A stretch of 64,000 bases of DNA, taken from NCBI GenBank assembly GCA_964016885.1, contig OZ024745.1, positions 80,538,001 through 80,602,000 of the forward strand, given 5' to 3'. The stretch comes from Eledone cirrhosa (taxonomy: Eukaryota). Under the pieces are notes generated by a model. It was not told the origin of the DNA. It did no database searches and saw only the letters and a program-made list of their open reading frames with translations. A program made the position numbers and the translations under genes. Positions 51,801 through 63,068 of the stretch are shown one piece after another; positions within the stretch are counted from its first letter, which is position 1, and each line of letters begins with the position of its first letter.

Positions 51801-54800
51801 TATCACTAGCACAGTAACTCTGGCTGACACACACTATCACTAGCACAGTAACTCTGACTGACACACACTATAACTAGCACAGTAACTCTGGCTGACACAC
51901 ACTATAACTAGCACAGTAACTCTGGCTGACACACACTATCACTAGCACAGTAACTCTGACTGACACACTATAACTAGCACAGTAACTCTGGCTTACACAC
52001 ACTATAACTAGCACAGTAACTCTGGCTGACGCACAGTAACTCTGGCTAACACACACTATAACTAGTACAGTAACTCTGGCTAACACGCTATAACTAGCAC
52101 AGTAACTCTGGCTAACACACACTATAACTAGCACAGTAACTCTGGCTGACACACACTATCACTAGCACAGTAACTCTGGCTAACACACACTATAACTAGC
52201 ACAGTAACTCTGGCTGACACACACTATAACTAGCACAGTAACTCTGGCTGACACACACTATCACTAGCACAGTAACTCTGGCTGACACACACTATAACTA
52301 GCACAGTAACTCTGGCTGACACACTATAACTAGCACAGTAACTCTGGCTGACACACTATAACTAGCACAGTAACTCTGGCTGACACACTATAACTAGCAC
52401 AGTAACTCTGGCTGACACACACTATAACTAGCACAGTAACTCTGGCTGACACACTATAACTAGCACAGTAACTCTGGCTGACACACACTATCACTAGCAC
52501 AGTAACTCTGGCTGACACACACTATCACTAGCACAGTAACTCTGGCTAACACACACTATCACTAGCACAGTAACTCTGGCTAACACACACTATAACTAGC
52601 ACAGTAACTCTGGCTAACACACACTATCAGTAGCACAGTAACTCTGGCTAACACACACTATAACTAGCACAGTAACTCTGGCTGACACACACTATAACTA
52701 GCACAGTAACTCTGGCTAACACACACTGTCACTAGTACAGTAACTCTGGCTGACACACACTATAACTAGCACAGTAACTCTGGCTGACACACACTATAAC
52801 TAGCACAGTAACTCTGGCTAACACACACTATAACTAGCACAGTAACTCTGGCTAACACACACTATAACTAGCACAGTAACTCTGGCTGACACACACTATA
52901 ACTAGCACAGTAACTCTGGCTAACACACACTATCACTAGCACAGTAACTCTGGCTAATACACACTATAACTAGCACAGTAACTCTGGCTGACACACACTA
53001 TAACTAGCACAGTAACTCTGGCTAACACACACTATCACTAGCACAGTAACTCTGGCTGACACACACTATAACTAGCACAGTAACTCTGGCTAACACACAC
53101 TATAACTAGCACAGTAACTCTGGCTGACACACTATAACTAGCACAGTAACTCTGGCTAACACACACTATCACTAGCACAGTAACTCTGACTGACACACTA
53201 TAACTAGCACAGTAACTCTGGCTGACACACACTATAACTAGCACAGTAACTCTGGCTGACACACACTATCACTAGCACAGTAACTCTGGCTGACACACAC
53301 TATCACTAGCACAGTAACTCTGACTGACACACACTATAACTAGCACAGTAACTCTGGCTGACACACACTATAACTAGCACAGTAACTCTGGCTGACACAC
53401 ACTATCACTAGCACAGTAACTCTGACTGACACACTATAACTAGCACAGTAACTCTGGCTTACACACACTATAACTAGCACAGTAACTCTGGCTGACGCAC
53501 AGTAACTCTGGCTAACACACACTATAACTAGTACAGTAACTCTGGCTAACACGCTATAACTAGCACAGTAACTCTGGCTAACACACACTATAACTAGCAC
53601 AGTAACTCTGGCTTACACACACTATAACTAGCACAGTAACTCTGGCTGACGCACAGAAACTCTGGCTAACACGCTATAACTAGCACAGTAACTCTGGCTA
53701 ACACACTATAACTAGCACAGTAACTCTGGCTGACACACACTATAACTAGCACAGTAACTCTGGCTAACACACTATAACTAGCACAGTAACTCTGGCTGAC
53801 ACACTATAACTAGCACAGTAACTCTGGCTAACACACACTATCACTAGCACAGTAACTCTGGCTGACACACACTATCACTAGCACAGTAACTCTGGCTGAC
53901 ACACACTATCACTAGCACAGTAACTCTGGCTGACACACACCATAACTAGCACAGTAACTCTGGCTGACACACACTATAACTAGCACAGTAACTCTGGCTG
54001 ACACACATTATCACTAGCACAGTAACTCTGGCTAACACACACTATAACTAGCACAGTAACTCTGGCTGACACACACTATCACTAGCACAGTAACTCTGGC
54101 TAACACACACTATCACTAGCACAGTAACTCTGGCTGACACACACTATAACTAGCACAGTCACTCTGGCTGACACACACTATCACTAGCACAGTAACTCTG
54201 GCTGACACACACTATCACTAGCACAGTTAATCTGGCTGACACACTATAACTAGCACAGTAACTCTGGCTAACACACACTATAACTAGCACAGTAACTCTG
54301 GCTGACACACACTATCACTAGCACAGTAACTCTGGCTGACACACACTATAACTAGCACAGTAACTCTGGCTGACACACACTATAACTAGCACAGTAACTC
54401 TGGCTGACACACACTATAACTAGCACAGTAACTCTGGCTGACACACACTATCACTAGCACAGTAACTCTGGCTGACACACACTATAACTAGCACAGTAAC
54501 TCTGGCTGACACACACTATAACTAGCACAGTAACTCTGGCTGACACACACTATAACTAGCACAGTAACTCTGGCTGACACACACTATCACTAGCACAGTA
54601 ACTCTGGCTGACACACACTATCACTAGCACAGTAACTCTGGCTGACACACACTATAACTAGCACAGTAACTCTGGCTGCCACACACTAGCTTAGTAATTC
54701 CGGTTGACTCAGATTATCACTGGCTCAGTAACTCTGCCTGATACACTCCATCACTAGCTTAGTAATTCTTACCAAGACAAACCATCATTAATTCAGTAAT

Positions 54801-54812
54801 TCTTTGTGACAG
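6855..54812. repeat. ~48-kb intronic tandem array of a 34-bp unit CTAGCACAGTAACTCTGGCT(G/A)ACACACACTAT(C/A)A
   Basis: Period 34 read directly (e.g. ctagc at 7131 and 7165); 32-bp (one CA fewer) and 20-bp (GCACAGTAACTCTGGCTGAC) variants; homogeneous core ~7120-54680, diverged units at both edges; roughly 1,400-1,450 units estimated from length/34; single orientation; no unique insertions seen. Confidence 0.99.
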
Positions 54813-55097
54813 AGATCTACCAATTTTCGAGACTATTTTTACGCTTGCACAAGAAATATTCTGTTAAACATATAAACAAAAGTTGTTTTTAAATCTACAA
54901 TATATCTGCTTATTTTTTTTTATAGGATCTAGTTGAGAGGTCGGAAGAGTAGAACTTCAGTTTTTTATTGCTTTCAGGATTTATAAATTAGTACCAGCCC
55001 CCACCTCTACTAATTTGTGGGCTTGTGTTAACGTTAGAAATCAATTGCTTGTTTGTGGAGCCTTGAAATTTCAATTTTTCTTTCCGCTCTCTTGCAG

Positions 55098-55383
55098 GAT
55101 GTTGAAGTCTCGGGTGATAAAGATGACAGTCGATCTCTACATATCACAGTGCATAAACAGTCATCGTCTACACATTCAAGGCCTGTTCCACTTCTATCAG
55201 CACGTTTTATTTTTGATGACCATATTCGTTGTATGGCAGCAAAACAACGTCTTAGTAAAGGCAGAATTAAAGCTCGACAGCAAAAAATGCAGAAAATTGA
55301 GCGACTTTTAGATATCCGTACACAAAATAATTCCGGTACTATTTATCCAAATGCCAGTGGCACGCGCACAGGAGCTATCCCAG
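55098..55383 (+). CDS. CLEC16A: CLEC16A orthologue, exon F (DVEVSGDKDDSRSLHITVHK...FIFDDHIRCMAAKQRLSKGRIKARQQKMQKIERLLDI...GAIP); may instead read through to TGA at 55449-55451
   Basis: ctctcttgcag acceptor (AG 55096-55097), phase 0 continuing exon E; matches CLEC16A DDSR.L.IT.HK and FIF.DHIRC..AKQRL.KGR..AR..KM; candidate donor CAG|gtacat at 55384. The 3' boundary is less certain than the 5'. Confidence 0.93.
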
Positions 55384-56369
55384 GTACATCACAAAACCTT
55401 TCTCACACATCTATTATTAGTTTGTTAAAGCTGAAATTCTTTAAAGACTGAACATTGTTAATGCTTTTTAAAGTCAATAATTCTCTGACTCAGTGCCAAA
55501 ATACTAAATATTTTTTTCCTTGTGTGTAGATTTTAATAAATGTGAAGTGTTTATATATCAAACTGTATTGAAAATTGTTACAATTTTAAGTTAGGTGAAT
55601 TAGTTAGTAAAATATACTCATATATGTTAGATCCCCCTGTATTTGATATTCTGACTTCAGATTTTAGCCTGCACATAAGTTAAGTCGCATGTTGCTTTTC
55701 ATAAATACTGTTTGCAGTTTTTTTAGAAAAAATATTCAGGTAAAATAATCCCAACCAAATCATTGTTCTGGAACCGTTGAAATCTTAGCAATGTATTTGT
55801 TTTTTTACCTCCCACATAACAAACATTATCTGGTGCTTTTAAATTGATATGTAGCATCTATGGGCATTAGAATTATAGCCAGCTGAGAAAAAACTACCCA
55901 CATTATCCACATGTGGAAGTCTCCTGCAAAATGTTATCAACATGTGTTTGTATACAGTATTCATATTGTGAAACATTGTCAGCCCATCATACATACTCGA
56001 TTATTTGCCTCTGTGTGCATGTGCAATGCATGTGTGTGTTAGTGAATGCTGTGAATTTTAAGCCCAGAGCAAATTTTAGTAGATAAGTTGCCTGCAGGAT
56101 TTTGTGTTCGATTATTGTTATTATTATTTTCATTAATGTCAAGTCTAATATCTCAGCCATTGGTTGTTGAAATTAATATAAAAATTTTAAAGAATATTTT
56201 TATATCCAGCTGAAGTTGATTACCACCCATCAAGCCATTGAAATGAATTAAAAAATTTATGAAAAAAACAAAACCAAAAAAAAACATTTTACCAGAGCTA
56301 GCTATAGCCAGTTGCAATGTGATGGAGGTGGCAAACAAGAAAAACCACTCACCCCATTAAGATCCACAT

Positions 56370-56760
56370 CTTTGAAAAGAAAAAAATAAACGTTTTCAAT
56401 AGGAGGATTTTCTGCAGCTCATCTCTTTGGCTGAGCTACAGTTGTGGGTCGAGACCGAGACTGGGCACCTAGCATCTGGAATATTGCCAAGCGCTCACAA
56501 CTCTTTTTACCAGTCGGGCAATGTGGTCAGTGGAAATTCCATTCTAGCGCTCTATGGAGGACTAGTGGTGGGCAAGTGTGACGTTCTTGGAGAAATTCTA
56601 GGTGTCACTGAAATCGAACTAACCAGTCTGTTCCTGAGAACTTTTGAGCCAGAGACTATGGACAATTTTCAGAAATTCCTAGCTGTTTGGCAGTGCTACC
56701 AGAAGGAGCAAAGCCAGTTTGAAACAAGTTCTACAGGCATGGAAGTGCTATCAGACAGAC
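56370..56760 (-). mobile_element. Possible highly decayed Tc1-like transposase remnant
   Basis: Minus-strand pieces across frameshifts: TAKQLGIS / VHSLWLK..QTG / PRTS (HTH and GRPR-like) and NPPIENV (reminiscent of DLNPIENVW). Weak. Confidence 0.35.
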
Positions 56761-57349
56761 CTATCCGAGATGCACAGAGAGCAATGAAACTGTTCCACAT
56801 GCACTTGTCCAGTGTTCGAGCATTGTTGACTTGTGGAGTTTTGTCGAACAACTGTTGCCACACGTAGCACAGATCAAGCTAATGACCAACTCTTTTGGCT
56901 GTGAAGAACAGGCAGTTTTCTTCTGTCTGGTGGCTGCAGTGAAAAAGGTTGTGAGGTGGACATGCCTGAAAAGACTTAATATAGACACTTTCTTCTTTAG
57001 CTAAGTCCTCAACTTTTTCAAGTTTCACTTAGGAAGGTGAGAGTGGAGAGGGAAATACTACCTCCTGTACATTTGTTAAAAAGTGGGTGAGTGTAGTAAA
57101 GATGGCCCGAGTGAATGTGCCTACTCTGACCATGTGCCCGTAGGCTGGAAATTTTGAGAGGAGAGGGGTCACCTTCCTATGGTGCTCATGGACATTAGGG
57201 TGGTGTAGGATCTGTAGGGTTCCATAGTTAGCCCTGGGTGGTATTCCCTCATTGGTGACTTTTATTAATTGCTTCCTGTTATCTTTTTTTTCCAGTCTCA
57301 CTGTTTCTGTATTTTCCTGTATGTTTTGGCCCTAGTGACCAATAGAGAA

Positions 57350-57461
57350 ATAATAATAATAATAATGTTTCAACCTTTATCACAAGGCCAGCAAATACCC
57401 CAGTGCATTACTGGTGCTTTATATTATTGACCCCATAAGGATGAAAGAATAAGTTAACCTC
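57350..57461 (-). mobile_element. tRNA-derived SINE, 3' half, reverse orientation
   Basis: Reverse complement gaggttaactt..tttcatccttatggggtcaataatataaagcaccagtaatgcactggggtatttgctggccttgtg..gaaacattattatt matches 57836-57934. Confidence 0.85.
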
Positions 57462-57480
57462 AATTATTACTATTATTAAC

Positions 57481-57700
57481 GTAGTGGATTGACAGTATTG
57501 GTAGAGCATTGGCCAATATGCTTTGCGGCATGTAGTTATGACCCTTTATGTTCTCTGTTCAAATCCCACCGAGATTAGCTTTGCTTTCATTTATACGGGG
57601 GTCAATAAAATAAAGTACCAGTAATGCACAGGGGTCGATTTAATCGACTTTCCCCTCCCTGAAAATAGTTGGCTTGTGCCTAAGTCAGAAACCACTGTTA
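57481..57700 (+). mobile_element. tRNA-derived SINE, near full length (longer 3' variant)
   Basis: A-box-like tgacagtattggtag, B-box gttcaaatccc, shared body gggtcaataaaataaagtaccagtaatg. Confidence 0.85.
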
Positions 57701-57748
57701 TTAATTTACTTACATTTTTTCATTAAAAAATGAACCTTATTTATTTAT

Positions 57749-57934
57749 GTGACTTGGTAGTATCGGTAGAGGGTCGGACGCCATGCTTTGACGCATTGAG
57801 TTACGGCCCTTGCCATTCTGAGTTCAAATCCCGCCGAGGTTAACTTTGCCTTTCATTCTTACAGGGTCGATAAAATAAAGTACCAGTAATGTACTGGGTA
57901 ATTGCTGGCCTTGTGCCAATAGTAGAAACAATTA
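57749..57934 (+). mobile_element. tRNA-derived SINE, near full length
   Basis: A-box-like tggtagtatcggtag, B-box gagttcaaatcccgcc; closely similar to 62880-63068. Confidence 0.9.
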
Positions 57935-58914
57935 TCTGTTAAAACATGCGACTTATCTATGGGTATATCCATTTTATTTTAGTTTTTGTGTTATCGTTTG
58001 AAGTTAAAGGAAATTAGTAGAATATTAAATTTCTGTTAATTCATTTAACACTTTATTTAATTATTACACCCACAATTTAAATAAATACAAGTTAATGTAT
58101 GTGTATCTGTACTTGTAAATATTGTGTTGCAAACAAAGGTTACCATATTAATCTTCCCTAGTATTGACACTTCGATTAAAATAATCCCACCATACACACA
58201 CTGGTAAATTGATCAGATTATCAATATAAAACATATTTTAATCAAAAGTGACAAATCTCGGCAATAAAACTGCAAGGGAATTTCGAAAATAAATAATTAG
58301 ATTTTAGCAAGTATTGAACAAATAAAGAATAAATTTTGGTAGAAGTTCCTGTCCTTTAATCATTCTGTTATGTGTATCTCCTGAGCCTATGTTTACTTTT
58401 TATGCTACGTTGACTACAATCTATTCAGCCCTCAACCAGTTTTCACATAATTTGTCTCACCCTGTATCTATTATCAAGGTTCTTGTCATACTGATGTATT
58501 AGGTGATGTCTATGAGGGTGCTTCAACCTTACTGAGACCAATAACAATGTTGTGAGTGTGTTTGTTGGCTTGCCTAAAATATTATTGGAGGGAAGCTACA
58601 GTGTACCTTGTTATGGTATTTGAGTGTGCAGGTCTTTCCCCATTTACTCCCTCTTTTTATTTGTATAAATTTTATATATATAAATTCATCATTTTCCTCC
58701 TCCTTATCATACATCAGCTTTTCTCTGATTGCATGGGTTCAATGGACCTTTTCCAACACAGCATCCCTCCACACGTTGCAGCCTTTTCTCATCTCTGCCG
58801 TGAACTTCAGTGATGTGATATTAAATCTCAAAACATCTGTGGAAAAGCTACAGTAGGGAGAAATCAAGGAAGATTTCTCTCTGCTGTAGTTTTTTACCAC
58901 TGGAATTTCTTCAC

Positions 58915-59250
58915 CCAATGATCATCATCCATATGCAACACATGCCATACCAGCATACTCTTCTCTTCTACACATCACATTTGATTCCTCTTACATCTAA
59001 ATTTTCTCTTAGTTCATCCATGCTTTGCTCATCTATCAGAGCATGCTTGCTTCATTTCTCTGCACTCACTTAGAGGCATCATATAGCTGACCTTTCATTT
59101 GTAGAGAAAAACCTTTTGTTGTGAACAGAAGTAGTAGGTCCCTGAACTTTTTCCATCCCGTCTTTATTCTAGCTACAATGTTCTCAGAGCAATATCCTCC
59201 ACTGCTAATTAGATCACTTAGGTAGTAGAAACTAACAACTACCTCTATGA
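58915..59250 (-). mobile_element. RTE-clade LINE ORF2 remnant
   Basis: Minus strand EVVVSFYYLSDLISSGGYCSENIVARIKTGWKKFRDLLLLFTTKGFSLQMKGQLYDA..RNEASML**M..LDVRGIKCDV*KRRVCWYG; FxYLG, RIxxGW and WYGHV-like motifs with stops and deletions. Confidence 0.85.
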
Positions 59251-59904
59251 TTTCTTTTGTTTTTTTATATAGTTAATACTTAGCCACTAAATCACTCTTT
59301 ACACAACTTGAAATACCGCAAACCCAAATGTTGGTTGTAGGTTACATCATGTGTCAGCTTCTTTGTCTTTCTTCATTTAACAGTATCTTTCATTTCCAGC
59401 TACTCTCTGTCAATAACTACCCCCCCCCCCCCACCCACCCCCAATCATCTCCTTATATCACCCTTTCTTCTTGTCCTCTTTTCTCTCTGTCCATAAGTTG
59501 TATTTTGTTCTTTTTCTTTCTTTTTTTATATTTTTACTGTTGCCCTCTAGTTTCATTTTTGTTATACTCTTTACAGCTCTCCCTCTTCTTTCATGGTTTT
59601 TAAAAACACACATACCTGATTATATAAATTTTATTCAATTATAGATACAGTTATAATTAACACCTTCAAATGATAGCTGTTCATTAAAAAATTCTTTAAA
59701 CAAACTTAAAGATTAGCTTATCTGGTTATTTTCAGTATTTTCATTATATTTAATTTCTCTGTTGGTTGCTTCTATGATGAAAATAGAATAGTTTGCAAGA
59801 ATCAGGAATTAAAGCGTTTAGTGTTTTGTGTAAAGTTGGATTTAAATGCTGCATAGGTTAATATTTGCTTTTATCTTTCATTTGACACACACACACACAC
59901 ATAC

Positions 59905-60095
59905 TTCTTCTTCTCCTCCTACTTATTCCTGGGAGGGTCATTAAGACAGTCTCCAAACATACTTTCCAGTGGGTCTTGTCAGAAACAACTCTCTCTAACT
60001 GATCTGGCTATATCCCCCAGCAAGACCGAGTTTATGGATGTTATCCAATAATTTTGCTCGAGGTCTACTGTCTTTCTTTAGACCTTCTAACCATA
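59905..60095 (-). mobile_element. 3' terminal fragment of an RTE-like LINE with (GAA/GGA) tail
   Basis: Minus strand LEG...RPRAKLLDNI...ERVVSDKTHWK resembles the EG.R.RGRP...W.D.I...DR..WR terminus; short trinucleotide tail at ~59905-59920. Confidence 0.55.
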
Positions 60096-61879
60096 TGTCT
60101 GTAGTATTGGAGCTGTGATACATGATCTACGGAATTGGAGAAGTAGCAGCTTTCAGAGGAACCCCATTTTGGCCACTTCACGATCATATTCTTTTTTACG
60201 TATAAACTACTAATCTAAATTAGAGAATTTATATTAAATATGGCATTTAAAATATATTAGGTTTTAAAAATTTATGTGATAACATTTGGATTCAAAGGAA
60301 GTTTATTTTAAAGAGTTTAAAAGACAATTATTGTAAATTAGATATATTTAAAAATTTAATTGTATTGTGTATTGCTGATAGATAATTGAGTTATCTGTAC
60401 ACAAGATATTTCTGCTTGTCCAGTGTAGCTGGTTAGTACTGTGTCTTCTGTTACATGCCTCTAGCAAACATATCACCATTATATATCCTCCTCTTACCAT
60501 GCTGGCAATGCCTGGATGAGGTATTATGGTCTGAGTCAATTCATATTTAGAATTAGTCCTAGACAAATTCGAGGATCACGACACATTGATACTTCCAATT
60601 TTTGACATACACATAATTGTAAGTAGTTACCAAGTGAATACTCAGCACTTCAGACCATGGCGTATCTGTATTTTTTATGACTAGCTGGAAGTTCTGAGCA
60701 AAGAGTTTGTAGACAACACAAGTATTGCTTTCTATGATGTATTTTGTCTATAATTACTAGATGAAAACAAGTATCCAGTGGTCCATCAATGACTTAGTGA
60801 ACGACATTTTATTACAAATCAAATTGTAACTGACAAAAACTTATATAAAAACAGAAAAAAACAAACTCGTTTTAATAAAAGAACTTATGTCAGAGATATT
60901 TGATGAAAGTGTATATTATTAAAAATTATACTAAGAGGGTGTTGTAGTTTGCTTGAAGCGTTGTGTAAAGTGTAGAAAATAGTGTTTTATTTGAAGGCTA
61001 ATACAATGTGAATTGGAGAGTAAACGTCATAAATATAACATTGATGTTGGGATGGTACCTTCCAGTTCTTTATATATTTCAGGATTAAATCCCTTCATCA
61101 AAAGATTAATAGAAGAAACTAGTTCAGAGCTGTATTTTTTTTGTCACTTTTAAATGATATACACCAATAGCTTAGATGACATACCACGTGATCCAATCAT
61201 CACTTTCAGCATAAAAAACCCCCAAAAGACCGCCACTTTCAAATTTAAAAGAAATGGCATCCCAAGAGCTCTGAAGTAGTTTTTCCTATTTATTACTTTT
61301 GATGAAGTAATTTTATCCTATAAAGAACTGTAAGGTAATAACTAAAGATCATTGTTATCGTATTTTTAACACTTACCATATAATTCACAATGTTGTAGCT
61401 TTCAAACAAAGCATTATTTTCCAAAAAATTATACTATTCTGATGTTTATAAGATATTGCTATATCTATCAATTATTTGTTGTTATTTTTCATTCTTGATT
61501 ATCACAAATAACATACAGGGAGAACAAGTGAGTTGTTTCAATTCAAATATTATATTGTAAATTTTCTTTTTCTTTTTCTTTCATGCTTATTAACATCTTC
61601 TTTTTGATGTTTTATATATAACAGTACATAGATATTGAGTTGTAATGCAAGGTTCTTTTGTTTTTTGTAACACCATGTTAGTTGTCGTGATTGTGTTTGT
61701 TTGAAGAATTTATTTTCAATGGCTATCTAGTTAGCAGCATGAATATTATTAGTATATTATAAGAATTATTGTTACGTCAATTAATGCTATTAATACAGTA
61801 GTTAATTTAGCAACTATTAGCTAGAGATGTAAATTAGAGTATTATATTTTGGTGCAACAAGCACTATTTTGCATTACCC

Positions 61880-62245
61880 CAACTCATTAAATGATATAAA
61901 CTGGATAGCACAAACATGGTCTTCGGTGAACTTGGTAGATAAGGTGTGGAAATCTAACATAACCACAAAAACTGAAGTTAGATTATTCAAAGCTACAGAG
62001 AAATTAATGTTACTGTATTCCTGTGAACCACGGTCAGTGATAATACTATCAACAAAGCTTTAGATGGTTGTTACACACAAATGCTAAGGAGTATAAAAAG
62101 CATCAAACTTCTCTATTGTGTTACAAACAAAATTCTCTACAGCAACCTCCTGTCCATTAGCCATACTATCTGTATCAGGCATCTCTAACTTGCAGGTCAT
62201 GTCATGAGAAGCAACAAACCTGCTACAAAACTTTTACTGTGGGAG
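61880..62245 (+). mobile_element. RTE-clade LINE ORF2 remnant
   Basis: WSSVNLVDKVWKSNITTKTEVRLFKATEKLMLLYSCE, frameshift, LDGCYTQMLR..VTNKILYSNL..IS.TI..R.L*LAGHVMRS..KLLLWE. Confidence 0.88.
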
Positions 62246-62527
62246 CTCACTTATATTTATTATATATTTTGTTGAAGTTTTGACATTTCTATCTTAATAT
62301 AAATAGAAGTCATTTTACAGTTTGGAATGACGTGTAAAATATAACTATCTAGAACCTTCATGTGTTGCAAGAGACCATAAATCTTCACCTGAAAAATTCC
62401 TTTCCAAGGTGCAGGCTGAGGGAAAAAAATTGTGTGTAAGACGAGCACTCACCCATGCATGGTGTTGTTAGACATTGTCTAAAGGAGGGGTATTGATCAA
62501 TACAGTCTCACACCAGTAGTGTTGCAG

Positions 62528-62840
62528 GCAAACTCAGAATACAAAGGACCAAAAAGGGACACTGCAAAGCAACATGTTTAGTGCTTGAACAATTCCACCA
62601 ATCCTAGGACGTTATTCATTGATCTAGAAATGATGACGAGCAAAATTGACCCTGAAACAGTCTGCTACTTTGCCTTTCATCCTTTTTAGGTTGATTAATA
62701 GAGTTGATCTCGACAGAAGAACTAACCTTTGTAATGACTTGGTACTTTATTGACCTAGAAAGGATGAAAGGCAAAGTTGACTTTGCCAGTATTCAATCTC
62801 AGTACACAGAGTTGGAACAAAACTACGAGGCATTTAATCC
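62528..62840. mobile_element. Cluster of SINE fragments in both orientations
   Basis: Minus-strand head (62528-62605), minus fragments (~62610-62655, 62740-62840) and a plus fragment (62667-62700) share actttgcctttcatcc with the full copies. Confidence 0.7.
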
Positions 62841-62879
62841 AAATATTTAATTTTAGATTGATCAGTAATATATTTTGTG

Positions 62880-63068
62880 GGGCAGTGAATTGGCAGTATC
62901 GGTAGAGGGTTGGATGCCATGCTTTCTAGCATAGTTACGTCCCTTTACAGTCTGAGTTCAAATCCTGTCGAGGTTAACTTTGCCTTTCCTCCTTACGGGG
63001 TTGATAAAATAAAGTACCAGTAATGTACTGGGTAATTGCTGGCCTTGTGCCTAAAGTAGAAACATATT
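62880..63068 (+). mobile_element. tRNA-derived SINE, full length
   Basis: A box tggcagtatcggtag, B box gagttcaaatcc, body and 3' end nearly identical to 57749-57934. Confidence 0.9.

Noticed and set aside
8337-53600. Many minus-strand ORFs (SARVTVLVIVCVSQSYCA...) in the array
   Set aside because: They appear only where 34-, 32- and 20-bp units alternate so that the stop-bearing frame is skipped; non-ATG starts; duplicated along with the higher-order repeats.
7120-54680. Recursive splice sites or telomeric repeats in the array
   Set aside because: The unit has CAGTAAC, not AG|GT, and lacks a pyrimidine tract; no TTAGGG-type motif.
6855-54812. CRISPR-like array (34-bp repeats)
   Set aside because: Units are head-to-tail with no unique spacers, no cas genes, and the context is a spliceosomal intron.
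56427-56867. 146-aa plus-strand ORF as a further CLEC16A exon
   Set aside because: No CLEC16A-like sequence, non-ATG start, no convincing splice pair; the opposite strand shows weak transposase-like pieces.
57029-57301. Minus-strand 90-aa ORF, possibly a LINE endonuclease remnant
   Set aside because: No motif I can identify with confidence.
57749-57840. tRNA gene (A and B boxes present)
   Set aside because: No cloverleaf evident; boxes continue into a repeated SINE body present in several copies.
61083-61153. Possible phase-1 terminal exon (tttcag|GA TTA AAT CCC... GLNPFIKRLIEETSSELYFFCHF*)
   Set aside because: Only an acceptor-like site and a short open frame; no recognisable homology; needs RNA evidence.
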